DNA from: an uncultured Gammaproteobacteria bacterium
GTDB lineage: Bacteria > Pseudomonadota > Gammaproteobacteria > Eutrophobiales > Eutrophobiaceae
Direction: 5' to 3'
Assembly (NCBI GenBank): GCA_958295485.1
Contig: OY282354.1
Location: 2,403,417-2,467,416 of the forward strand
Length of the DNA stretch: 64,000 nt
Under the pieces are notes generated by a model. The model did not search any database. It saw only the letters and a program-made list of their open reading frames with translations, and was not told the DNA's origin. Every line of letters starts with the position of its first letter. The first letter of the stretch is position 1. The position numbers were made by a program, and so were the translations under genes. Of the stretch, positions 28,608-38,135 are shown piece by piece.

Positions 28608-30248
28608 ATGACGGAATGCCTACAACTTGCGGGGGGGAAGGTTTATGACCCGGCCAACAACATCGATGGCGATATAAAGGATATTTACATCGAGCAGGGC
28701 CGCATAGTCGAGACGCCTTCGGCCACGCCTCGAAAAATCAACGTCAGCGGCATGGCAGTCATGCCCGGCGGCGTGGATATTCACTGCCACATTGCCGGCC
28801 CCAAGGTAAACCTGGCCCGGAAACTGCAACCTGAAGACCACCGGCTTGATCCCCATCCCGGCACGGAGCAGACCCGCTCAGGGGTCGGCGGCTCCGTTCC
28901 GTCAACCTTTGCGACGGGCTACCGCTATGCGACCCTGGGTTATACCACCGCCATGGAAGCGGCTGTCAGCCCTATCGGCGCCCGGCATGCCATAGAAGAG
29001 TTCCACGATACGCCAGTAATAGATAAAGGTTTTTATGTGCTGTTAGGCAATAATATTTTTTTGCAGCAATTGCTCAGGGAAGGCCGCAAGGAAGAATTTC
29101 GACATGCAGTCGCCTGGTGGATCAACGCGACAAAAGCCTATACAACCAAGTTGGTGAACCCTGGTGGGGATGAACCCTGGAAAGGCAAGAAGAATTCCAG
29201 AGTCGGGAACATTGATGAGAAAAGCGACGTCATAGAGGTCTCTCCCCGGCAGGTCATTGATGCCTTTATCGGCGCGGTAAACGAGCTGGGGCTGCCCCAC
29301 CCGCCGCATATTCACTGCAACAACCTGGGCCACAGCGGCAACTTCGACACCACCCTGGAAACCATGAAAACAGCTGGTGACAGGCGGGTTCACCTGGCCC
29401 ACATACAGTTCCACAGTTACGGGGGCGAACCGGGCAAAAACCCCAAATCCGCATCGCGACAAATTGCCGAATACGTCAACAGTCATCCCAATATTACCTG
29501 TGACGTCGGCCAGGTGATGTTCGGTAAATCCACGATCATGACCGCGGATTCGGCCCTGGCTTACACGCTCAGGGGTTTCAAAAAGGCGAAATGGGTCAAT
29601 GCCGACACGGAGTGTGAAAGCGGCTGCGGAATACTCCCGTTCAGTTACCAGGAACATATTTACGTCCATGCCCTGCAGTGGGCCATCGGCCTGGAACTGT
29701 TCCTGTTGTCAGAAGATCCCTGGCGTATCGTTCTTTCGACGGATCATCCCAACGGCGGTTCGTTTATGAACTACCCGAAGCTGATCCGCCTGCTGATGGA
29801 CAGGGAATTCCGCAAGGAAGAGATCAAACGCGTCAACCAGAAAGCCGTTAAACGGACGCTTTTGAACGAACTGGACCGTGAATATACGCTCAATGAGATT
29901 GCAATTATTACCCGCGCCGGCCCCGCCCGGGCCCTGGGTTTGAAAAACAAGGGGCACATGGGACCGGGCGCTGATGCCGATATTACTATTTATGACGAGA
30001 TGGAAGATAAGGAGGCCATGTTCAATGCGCCCCGCTACGTAGTCAAATCAGGCAATTTGATTATTGAAAACCATGAATTCCGTCGGGATTACACCGGGAA
30101 GTTCCTGCATACGGAACCCGGCTACGATGCCTCCATCGTCGACCAGGTCAAGCCGTTTTTTGAAAACTATTATTCCATCGAGTTTGATAATTATGCAGTT
30201 GACGACAGCTACCTGCATGACCATGAAGTGATAGCAAGCTCCCCCTGA
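28608..30248 (+). CDS. fhcA: Formyltransferase/hydrolase complex subunit A (FwdA-like amidohydrolase)
   Basis: 546 aa, metal-binding GGVDIHCHIAGP. Confidence 0.9.
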   Translation: MTECLQLAGGKVYDPANNIDGDIKDIYIEQGRIVETPSATPRKINVSGMAVMPGGVDIHCHIAGPKVNLARKLQPEDHRLDPHPGTEQTRSGVGGSVPSTFATGYRYATLGYTTAMEAAVSPIGARHAIEEFHDTPVIDKGFYVLLGNNIFLQQLLREGRKEEFRHAVAWWINATKAYTTKLVNPGGDEPWKGKKNSRVGNIDEKSDVIEVSPRQVIDAFIGAVNELGLPHPPHIHCNNLGHSGNFDTTLETMKTAGDRRVHLAHIQFHSYGGEPGKNPKSASRQIAEYVNSHPNITCDVGQVMFGKSTIMTADSALAYTLRGFKKAKWVNADTECESGCGILPFSYQEHIYVHALQWAIGLELFLLSEDPWRIVLSTDHPNGGSFMNYPKLIRLLMDREFRKEEIKRVNQKAVKRTLLNELDREYTLNEIAIITRAGPARALGLKNKGHMGPGADADITIYDEMEDKEAMFNAPRYVVKSGNLIIENHEFRRDYTGKFLHTEPGYDASIVDQVKPFFENYYSIEFDNYAVDDSYLHDHEVIASSP

Positions 30249-30271
30249 CAAGGGGGGATCGAGGGGGGTTA

Positions 30272-31159
30272 ATGAAGCTTAAATCCACGGAAATCGTCGA
30301 TACCTTTGCCGAGGCATTCAAAATGTGGGGCGCCCGCGTTATCATCACCGCGGCAAACAGGCAGTGGGCCCGGGCGGCGGCCCAGGCGATGACCGGTTTT
30401 GCCACGTCGGTTATCGGTTGTAAATGCGAAGCCGGCATCGAAAGCATATTATCCCCTGGGCAGACCCCGGACGGCAGGCCCGGCGCCAGTGTGTTGTTAT
30501 TCGCCATGGACAAGGCGTCGGTCGGGAAACGCCTGCTGGAACGCATCGGTCAATGTGTCATGACCTGCCCTACCACGGCCTGTTTCAACGGACTGGACGG
30601 CGATAACGCCGTGCAGGTCGGTTCACAACTGCGTTATTTCGGCGACGGTTTCCAGGGCAGCAAAAAATTAGCGGGCCGGCGCTATTGGCGCATCCCGGTA
30701 ATGGACGGCGAATTTGTCGTGGAAGAGTCTTTCCACGTCCAGGCTTCAGTGGGCGGCGGCAATATCATCATGCTGGGCACGGATGAGAAAAAAACCCTGG
30801 CGGCGGCAACGGCGGCGACCAGGGCCATGGCCGAAATAAAAGAGGTTATCCTGCCCTTCCCCAACGGCGTTGTCCGCAGCGGCAGCAAGGTGGGTTCCCG
30901 CTACAAGACCCTGCCCGCTTCAACCAATACGGCCTACTGCCCAACGCTGAAAGCGGTGACGGACAGCAGTCTCCCCCCGGACGTCAATTGCGCGCTGGAG
31001 ATCGTGGTCGACGGCCTGACGGAAACAGCGGTCAGGGACGCCATGACCGCCGGCATCCATGCTGCGGCAAAACCCGGGATAAGGCAGATTACCGCCGGCA
31101 ACTACGGGGGCAACCTCGGGCAATACAAGATTAACCTGCATGAACTGTTGGCCGACTAA
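30272..31159 (+). CDS. fhcD: Formylmethanofuran:H4MPT formyltransferase (Ftr homologue)
   Basis: 295 aa; the SD is supplied by the REP-like palindrome that overlaps the fhcA stop codon. Confidence 0.9.
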   Translation: MKLKSTEIVDTFAEAFKMWGARVIITAANRQWARAAAQAMTGFATSVIGCKCEAGIESILSPGQTPDGRPGASVLLFAMDKASVGKRLLERIGQCVMTCPTTACFNGLDGDNAVQVGSQLRYFGDGFQGSKKLAGRRYWRIPVMDGEFVVEESFHVQASVGGGNIIMLGTDEKKTLAAATAATRAMAEIKEVILPFPNGVVRSGSKVGSRYKTLPASTNTAYCPTLKAVTDSSLPPDVNCALEIVVDGLTETAVRDAMTAGIHAAAKPGIRQITAGNYGGNLGQYKINLHELLAD

Positions 31160-31160
31160 T

Positions 31161-31973
31161 ATGCCTCTATTGCTGAAACAGATCGCGCCCCCTGAAGTGC
31201 CCCTGGAAGCGGACAATATCACCCCGGACAGAATCACCGGCCAAACACCGGCCGGCGTGGAAAAATTGACGGTAATGCATGGAAACGAAACGCGCCGCAT
31301 CGGTGACTTCTTCAGGGTGACGGGCCAATACGATGGAGTCATCAATCTACAGGGAGACCACTTGGGGCGGGTAAAATTTATCGGCGCCCGGATGTCACGG
31401 GGCGTAATCCGGGTGGATGGCGATGTCGGCGAGCATCTTGGGGCAGGAATGAGCGGGGGCGCTATCCTGATAAGCGGCAATGCCGCAGACTGGGTCGGGC
31501 CGGAGATGTCCGGTGGGAGAATTGAAATCCGCGGTAATGCCGGTCACATGACGGGCAGCGCTTATCGGGGCGCAGACATGGGCATGACGGGTGGAGAAAT
31601 AATTATTCATGGCAATGCCCGTAACGAGGTCGGCAACGCCATGCGCAATGGTCTGATCGCTATCGCCGGCAACAGCGGGGATTTCACCGGGGTTAATATG
31701 TTGGCAGGCAGCATCTTCGTGTCAGGCGAACTCGGTATTCGGACCGGGGCGGGTATGAAACGCGGTTCCGTCATCAGCCTGAAAGACGCTGAATTATTGC
31801 CCACGTTTGACTATTCATGCACTTACCAGCCGGGTTACCTGACCCTCTACTTCCGCTACCTGACAGGTTTGGGCCTTGAAATCGATGATGAGCGCGTCCG
31901 CGGCCCATATAAACGCTACTGTGGCGATAGCGTTGAAATGAACCGGGGAGAAATATTGTTATACTCAGGATGA
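31161..31973 (+). CDS. fhcC: Formyltransferase/hydrolase complex subunit C (FwdC-like, G-rich beta-helix repeats)
   Basis: Start MPLLLKQ 1 nt after the fhcD stop; repeated GxxGxxMxGG motifs. Confidence 0.85.
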   Translation: MPLLLKQIAPPEVPLEADNITPDRITGQTPAGVEKLTVMHGNETRRIGDFFRVTGQYDGVINLQGDHLGRVKFIGARMSRGVIRVDGDVGEHLGAGMSGGAILISGNAADWVGPEMSGGRIEIRGNAGHMTGSAYRGADMGMTGGEIIIHGNARNEVGNAMRNGLIAIAGNSGDFTGVNMLAGSIFVSGELGIRTGAGMKRGSVISLKDAELLPTFDYSCTYQPGYLTLYFRYLTGLGLEIDDERVRGPYKRYCGDSVEMNRGEILLYSG

Positions 31974-32030
31974 ATCGGGGTTTCCTTCATGGTAAAATGA
32001 CCGATGCTGAGCTTGTAAGAGGAGAAAATA

Positions 32031-32336
32031 ATGACGACTATCGTAACCGACAATTGTAAAGATTGCCGCTATACTGATTGCGTTACAGTATGCCCCGTCG
32101 AGTGTTTTCACTATGACGAGCAGATGCTATATATCGATCCGGAAGTTTGTATTGATTGCAGCGCCTGTTTGCCGGAATGTCCCGTTCAGGCTATTTATGA
32201 AGAAGATGACCTGCCTGAGGACAAATATGAATGGATAGAAATCAATGCCCAAAAATCCAGGGAGCTCCCGGTCTGCGCCGATACGATGGAGCCGTTGCCC
32301 GGCGCGGATGAGAAGAAAGCCGCCCTGGGTTTTTAG
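32031..32336 (+). CDS. fdxA: 7Fe ferredoxin (FdxA type)
   Basis: CKDCRYTDCVTVCPVEC ... CIDCSACLPECP cluster motifs. Confidence 0.85.
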   Translation: MTTIVTDNCKDCRYTDCVTVCPVECFHYDEQMLYIDPEVCIDCSACLPECPVQAIYEEDDLPEDKYEWIEINAQKSRELPVCADTMEPLPGADEKKAALGF

Positions 32337-32357
32337 TCTGCTCTTTATCGCCAATTC

Positions 32358-33731
32358 ATGAGTCGATTAGGGTCTCCGGACAACCCACTGCTGGTTGCAG
32401 TCGTCGGCAGCGGCCCCAGTGGTTTTTACGCTACTGAAGCGCTCATTAAATCCGGCGTCAAGACCAGGATAAACATGTTCGAAAGGCTGCCCGTGCCCTA
32501 TGGCCTGGTAAGAAGCGGCGTGGCTCCCGATCATCCGAAACTGAAACAGGCCATCAAGGTCTATGCGAAAATCGCTGAAGCGAAAGAGTATAATTACCTG
32601 GGAAACGTCACCGTGGGCACGGCTATCAGCGTGGAGGAATTAAGGACAACCCATCACGCGGTCATCTTCACCTGCGGCGCTGAAACCGACCGCCGGCTCG
32701 GCATCCCCGGGGAAGACCTGCCGGGCAGCTACACCGCAACGGAATTCGTCGGCTGGTATAACGGCCATCCCGATTATCGCAACCGGAAATTCGACCTGTC
32801 CCATGAAACCGCCGTCATCATCGGCCAAGGCAACGTAGCCGCCGACGTAAGCCGGATACTGGCCAAGACCGTGGATGAATTAAAACACACGGATATTGCC
32901 GGGCACGCCCTGGAGGCGCTTGCCACCAGTAAAATCAAGAACATCCACGTCATCGGCCGGCGCGGCCCGGCCCAGGCGAAATTCACTTCCAAGGAATTGA
33001 AAGAGTTCGGCGGGCTGGCCGATTGCGATCCGGTCATCGACAAGAATGAACTTGCATTAAACCCGGAAAGCGAAGTCGAGCTTGCGGATAAAACCAACGC
33101 CGGCAATAAAAAAATTTACGAGTTGTTCTCCGGTTTTGCCGACCGTGAAGCCACCACGGACAGGAAGTGTATTTTTACGTTCCTGAAAAGCCCTAAGGAA
33201 GTCAGCGGGAACGGCAGGGTTGAATCCGTGCTCCTGGAAAAAAACACCTTGTCCGGGGAACCGTTTCGACAATCCGCCCGAGGCGGCGGCGACACGTTCA
33301 GCATCGACGCGGGGATCGTGTTTCGCAGCATCGGCTACCACGGCATAGCCATGCCCGGGGTGCCCTTTGATGAAGCCCGCGGCGTCTTCGCCAACGTCAA
33401 GGGCCGGGTCGTCAAGGATGGCGAAGTCGACCCGGGTTTATACGCGGCCGGATGGATCAAGCGCGGGCCTACCGGCATCATTGGCACCAACCGCGCGGAC
33501 AGCGTTGAGACGGTTAAATCGCTGTTGGAGGACCTCGACAAGTTAGACACCGGCGAAGACAAACCCGGCGCCGCAGGGTGCTATGAAATTTTAGACCGGC
33601 GGAATATACGCCACGTCAATTTCTCCGACTGGAAAAAAATCGATGCATGTGAAGTGGAACGGGGCCAAGCCGCCGGCAAACCCAGGGAAAAATATACCTC
33701 TGTCCCCGAAATGCTGGCCTTGCTGGACTAA
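32358..33731 (+). CDS. fpr: Ferredoxin--NADP+ reductase, FprA/adrenodoxin-reductase type
   Basis: VAVVGSGPSGFYA FAD motif; second Rossmann motif IIGQGNVAADV. Confidence 0.8.
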   Translation: MSRLGSPDNPLLVAVVGSGPSGFYATEALIKSGVKTRINMFERLPVPYGLVRSGVAPDHPKLKQAIKVYAKIAEAKEYNYLGNVTVGTAISVEELRTTHHAVIFTCGAETDRRLGIPGEDLPGSYTATEFVGWYNGHPDYRNRKFDLSHETAVIIGQGNVAADVSRILAKTVDELKHTDIAGHALEALATSKIKNIHVIGRRGPAQAKFTSKELKEFGGLADCDPVIDKNELALNPESEVELADKTNAGNKKIYELFSGFADREATTDRKCIFTFLKSPKEVSGNGRVESVLLEKNTLSGEPFRQSARGGGDTFSIDAGIVFRSIGYHGIAMPGVPFDEARGVFANVKGRVVKDGEVDPGLYAAGWIKRGPTGIIGTNRADSVETVKSLLEDLDKLDTGEDKPGAAGCYEILDRRNIRHVNFSDWKKIDACEVERGQAAGKPREKYTSVPEMLALLD

Positions 33732-35493
33732 CCCTGACCCTTTTTATTCGGCGCTGCTGTGTCTCTGCCTCTGCATGGCCACGGCCGCTTCCGCCCAGCA
33801 ATTTCCAGGCCCGGGCTGGCAGGAGGAAATGTCGCCGTTTGCCAGTCCTGACGCTGAGCCGGGCGGTGAAATGTCGTTCTGGTCCGGTTCTTTTCCGAAA
33901 AGTTTCAATTACTATTTAGACACCAGCGTAACATCCGGCCATTTATTCAACCTGGTATTTGAAACCCTGCTCGACAATAACGGATTGACGCTGGAACCTG
34001 AGCCCAACCTGGCCGAGACCTGGACCATTTCCGAGGACAAACTCACGTTTGAATTCAGGATCGACGAACGCGCCCGTTGGAGTGACGGCGTTCCCATCAC
34101 CGCCGAAGACGTCGCCTGGACTTACGCCGCGATAATGGATCCGAAAAACCTGACCGGGCCGCACAAAATTTCCTTTGAACGGTTATATCCACCAGAGGTG
34201 ACAGGCGAGAGAACCATACGCTTTACGGCCCGGGAAGTCCATTGGAATAACCTGCTGTCATTAGGCTCATTTCACGTGCTCCCGGCGCATGTTTTCAAGG
34301 ACAAGGATTTCAACAAAATCAATTTTGAATTTCCGGTCGTATCAGGTCCTTATGCAATAGGTTCACTCAAGGAAGGCATTGCTCTCACCCTTGAGCGCCG
34401 GCGGGACTGGTGGCAAAGGCCCAGGCCAAGCGCCAGGGGAGTGGCGAATTTCGATGCGCTCAAGTTCAAGTTTTTTGCCGAAAGAGAAAATGCCTTTGCT
34501 GAATTCAAGACCGGCAACATAGATTATTACCCGGTTTACACCGCCTCCCGCTGGGCCGCGGAAACAACCGGTGAAGCCTATGACAACAACTGGATAGTGA
34601 AGCAGGAGGTGTATAACTATAACCCCATCGGCTTCCAGGGGTTTGCCATGAACCTGCGGCGCGACAAGTTCAAGGACCGGCGCGTGCGGCTTGCCCTCGC
34701 CCACCTGCTGGACAGGACTAAAATGAACAAGACCATCATGCACCAGGCTTACTTCCTGCACCAATGTTACTTCGAAGACCTGTACGACGAACAAACCCCC
34801 TGCGCCGGCCCGAAAATAAGATTTGATAAAGAGTTGGCCAGGCAATTACTTGCGGACGCCGGCTGGCAGGTGAATAAAAACACAGGACAATTGGAACGGG
34901 AGGGCCAGCAATTCACCATCCAATTCCTGACGCGAAACCAGTCCTCGGATAAATTCCTGGCCATCTACCGGGAAGATTTGAATGACGTCGGGATCGAATT
35001 GGAGATAGTCAGAAAAGACTGGGCTGCCTGGATCAAGGACATGGACGAATTCAATTTCGACATGACCTGGGCTGCCTGGGGCGCGTCGCCTTATAAAGAC
35101 CCGGAATCCCTGTGGCATTCCAAAGAAGCCGACCGGGCGGGCGGACAAAACATCACCGGTTATAAAAACCCGGAGGTGGACGCCATGATCGATTCCATCA
35201 GGACCGAGTTCGATATCAACAAGAGACACGGGGTCATAAGAGAAATCGATGCGATATTAGCCCGTGATATCCCTTATGTCCTGTTATGGAACCTCGATTA
35301 CCGTCGGCTGTTGTACTGGAATAAATTCGGTACCCCCAAAACCGTGTTGCCGAAGTTTAGCGGGGAGGCCGGGGCCTATACCTTCTGGTGGTATGACGAG
35401 GACTCCGCAGCGGACCTGGAATACGCCATGGAAACGGAAGAACCCCTGCCCGGACGCGACGAAGCCATCTACTTCGATGACGTCTTCCCGTAA
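33643..35493 (+). CDS. ABC transporter substrate-binding protein, family 5 (peptide/opine, YejA-like); start uncertain
   Basis: No ATG/GTG/TTG in frame between the fpr stop (33729) and the MATAASA methionine. The ORF therefore either starts inside fpr or uses a rare start. Confidence 0.7.
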   Translation: MHVKWNGAKPPANPGKNIPLSPKCWPCWTNPDPFYSALLCLCLCMATAASAQQFPGPGWQEEMSPFASPDAEPGGEMSFWSGSFPKSFNYYLDTSVTSGHLFNLVFETLLDNNGLTLEPEPNLAETWTISEDKLTFEFRIDERARWSDGVPITAEDVAWTYAAIMDPKNLTGPHKISFERLYPPEVTGERTIRFTAREVHWNNLLSLGSFHVLPAHVFKDKDFNKINFEFPVVSGPYAIGSLKEGIALTLERRRDWWQRPRPSARGVANFDALKFKFFAERENAFAEFKTGNIDYYPVYTASRWAAETTGEAYDNNWIVKQEVYNYNPIGFQGFAMNLRRDKFKDRRVRLALAHLLDRTKMNKTIMHQAYFLHQCYFEDLYDEQTPCAGPKIRFDKELARQLLADAGWQVNKNTGQLEREGQQFTIQFLTRNQSSDKFLAIYREDLNDVGIELEIVRKDWAAWIKDMDEFNFDMTWAAWGASPYKDPESLWHSKEADRAGGQNITGYKNPEVDAMIDSIRTEFDINKRHGVIREIDAILARDIPYVLLWNLDYRRLLYWNKFGTPKTVLPKFSGEAGAYTFWWYDEDSAADLEYAMETEEPLPGRDEAIYFDDVFP

Positions 35494-35495
35494 TA

Positions 35496-36539
35496 ATGGA
35501 AAGAACCCACTATATAATCAGGCGTTTATTACTGGTTATTCCGACTTTTATAGGAATAACTTTTGTCTGTTTCGCTTTATGTCAGTTCATTCCCGGCGGG
35601 CCGGTGGAGCAGGCGATCATGGCCATGCGCGGCGTGGGTCAAGGCTCGGCCGACGCGGCGGCGGCAGCCGGTCCCAGTGGCATTTCCCCGGAACAGCGCA
35701 AAGCCCTGGAGCGGCATTTCGGCTTCGATAAACCCCTGTTGCAACGTTATTGGAAATGGCTGGTCACCGACCGGGTCGGCATGGCGGTCAGTTCCTATAA
35801 ATACCCGAATAAAACCGTTATCCAACTCATAATAGAACGCTTTCCGGTATCACTGATATTCGGCTTGACCGGTTTCTTCCTGACCTACCTGGTGTGCATC
35901 CCCCTGGGGATTGCGAAAGCCATCAAAAACGGCTCATTTTTCGACGTTTCAAGCAGTATATTGGTGTTTATCGGCTACGCTATCCCCGCCTTCGCTTTCG
36001 GCATGTTGTTGAAGATGTTTTTATCCGGCACGACGGAAGGCCTGTGGGACATTTTTCCCGTCAGTGGTTTTACTTCCGAGAATTTCCATGAGCTATCGAC
36101 AACGGCCCAGGCAAAAGACCTGTTCATGCACATGTTTCTACCCGTCACCTGTTACATGATAGGGAATTTCGCCGTCCTTACCCTGCTGATGAAAAACAGC
36201 TTGCTGGAACAAATCGGCCAGGATTACGTCAAAACCGTCCTGGCCAAGGGCGCTTCATTCCACCGGGCCGTTTGGGCGCACGCCTTCAGGAATTCATTGA
36301 TCCCCATTGCGACGGGTTTTGGCAGCATCTTCACGTTGATCTTCGCCGGTTCGGTGTTAATCGAAAAAGTCTTTGAAATACCCGGCATGGGTCTTTTAAG
36401 TCTGGATGCCATAGTGAGCCGGGATTACATGGTGTTCATGGGCATATTGGCCTTGACCTCTTTTTTAGGATTGATCGGCCGGATTTTCTCCGACATTTGT
36501 TACATGTTCATCGACCCCCGCATCCATTTCAACCCATGA
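35496..36539 (+). CDS. ABC transporter permease (YejB/DppB-like)
   Basis: Six hydrophobic helices with the conserved ABC-permease EAA-like loop. Confidence 0.85.
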   Translation: MERTHYIIRRLLLVIPTFIGITFVCFALCQFIPGGPVEQAIMAMRGVGQGSADAAAAAGPSGISPEQRKALERHFGFDKPLLQRYWKWLVTDRVGMAVSSYKYPNKTVIQLIIERFPVSLIFGLTGFFLTYLVCIPLGIAKAIKNGSFFDVSSSILVFIGYAIPAFAFGMLLKMFLSGTTEGLWDIFPVSGFTSENFHELSTTAQAKDLFMHMFLPVTCYMIGNFAVLTLLMKNSLLEQIGQDYVKTVLAKGASFHRAVWAHAFRNSLIPIATGFGSIFTLIFAGSVLIEKVFEIPGMGLLSLDAIVSRDYMVFMGILALTSFLGLIGRIFSDICYMFIDPRIHFNP

Positions 36540-38128
36540 GGATTAACCCGGCTACCTGGTTTGACCCCATAACGCGAAAACGCGCGCAGCGCTTTCGCGC
36601 TTCCAGGCGCGCTTATTATTCACTGCTGATCATGGTCTTTTTGTATTTGGCGAGTTTGATGGCAGAGCTGATATGCAACGACCGTCCGCTGTACGTCCGG
36701 TATGAAAATGAATCCTGGTTTCCCGTTTTCTTTTTTTACCCCGAAGACACTTTCACCGGCAACGGCCGGCTGACCCGCCCGGACTATAAGGCCATCAACG
36801 CCTCCCCCGCCTTTACCGACAATGACGATAATTTCATGATCTTTCCACTGGCGCCTTTCGGCCCCCAGGAAATTATCGAGGCCGCGTCCATCCCCGTGAA
36901 AAACCAGGTCGAGATTCACCTGCAACAGGAACCCCGGGTCGGAGCGGTCGATATCGACCGGGACTTCATTATCAAAAGCCAGCGCCGGGCGGGGTGGTTT
37001 TTTCAGACCAATGATACTGCCGTCAACGGCTTGAATTTCAGCGGCGTTTATGCAACCCCGGCGGCGTTTGCCGAGGCCGTGTCATTGCGGTTCGCCAATA
37101 AACCGGCCGCGCCTTATTCGCAAACATTCCCGCTGGGCAAGAGGCTGGTTGAAGCCAGACTCTCCCCTTACAAACAACGCAGCAGGGAACCGAAAACCGT
37201 CAGGATACTGCTCAAGGAAGTCATCAAGGAAAACGTCGAGGAAAAATGGCTCTATTCACCTGAAAGCCGGCAAATTACCGCGACGGATAATTTATGGGAC
37301 GATTTGTCACCGGTGCATGGGGCTAAGATAATCGAAAAGGCCGAGGCGCGCTTGCTTGCGCCCGTCGGCGCCCTCCGGCTGGAACGCGACGGCGTGAATT
37401 ACCGCGTGAAATTCGTCAAAGAAGACGTCCGGTTCCCGTTCCGACCCATCGGCCGGCACCTCTTTGGCATCGATGACGCCGGCCGGGACGTATTGGCAAG
37501 GATATTCTACGGCCTGAGAACCTCCCTTAACTTCGGGTTGCTGTTAGTCGTCACTTCCATGATTATCGGCACGATAATCGGCGCCATCCAGGGTTATTAC
37601 GGCGGGAAGATCGACCTGGCCGGGCAACGTTTAACCGAAATATGGGAATCACTGCCGTTTTTATACGTGTTGATACTGTTGGGCTCGGTGTACGGCCGGA
37701 GTTTCATACTGTTGTTAGTGGTTTACGGCATATTCAACTGGATAGGCGTTTCCTATTACATGCGCGCCGAATTTTTAAGACTGCGCAGCCAGCCCTTCGT
37801 GGAGTCGGCCCTGTGCCTGGGACTGCCGGACCGGAAGATCTTGTTCAGGCACATACTGCCGAACGCCCTGGTTCCTCTGACGACATTTTTCCCCTTCTAC
37901 CTGGTTGGCGCCATCGGCACCCTCGCCGCCCTGGATTATCTCGGTTTTGGCCTGCCCCCGCCCACGGCCAGCTGGGGACAATTACTCGCGCAGGCGCAGG
38001 GACAGGCTTACTGGTGGTTGATTTTATACCCGTCCCTGGCGCTGTTTTTAGTCATCCTGCTGTGCGTTTTTATCGGCGAAGGCGTGCGCAACGCCTTTGA
38101 TCCCAGGCAGTATTCCCGGTTGGAGTGA
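36536..38128 (+). CDS. ABC transporter permease with long N-terminal extension (YejE/DppC-like)
   Basis: Start MRINPATW overlaps the previous stop (ATGA). Confidence 0.85.
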   Translation: MRINPATWFDPITRKRAQRFRASRRAYYSLLIMVFLYLASLMAELICNDRPLYVRYENESWFPVFFFYPEDTFTGNGRLTRPDYKAINASPAFTDNDDNFMIFPLAPFGPQEIIEAASIPVKNQVEIHLQQEPRVGAVDIDRDFIIKSQRRAGWFFQTNDTAVNGLNFSGVYATPAAFAEAVSLRFANKPAAPYSQTFPLGKRLVEARLSPYKQRSREPKTVRILLKEVIKENVEEKWLYSPESRQITATDNLWDDLSPVHGAKIIEKAEARLLAPVGALRLERDGVNYRVKFVKEDVRFPFRPIGRHLFGIDDAGRDVLARIFYGLRTSLNFGLLLVVTSMIIGTIIGAIQGYYGGKIDLAGQRLTEIWESLPFLYVLILLGSVYGRSFILLLVVYGIFNWIGVSYYMRAEFLRLRSQPFVESALCLGLPDRKILFRHILPNALVPLTTFFPFYLVGAIGTLAALDYLGFGLPPPTASWGQLLAQAQGQAYWWLILYPSLALFLVILLCVFIGEGVRNAFDPRQYSRLE

Positions 38129-38135
38129 TGAACGC

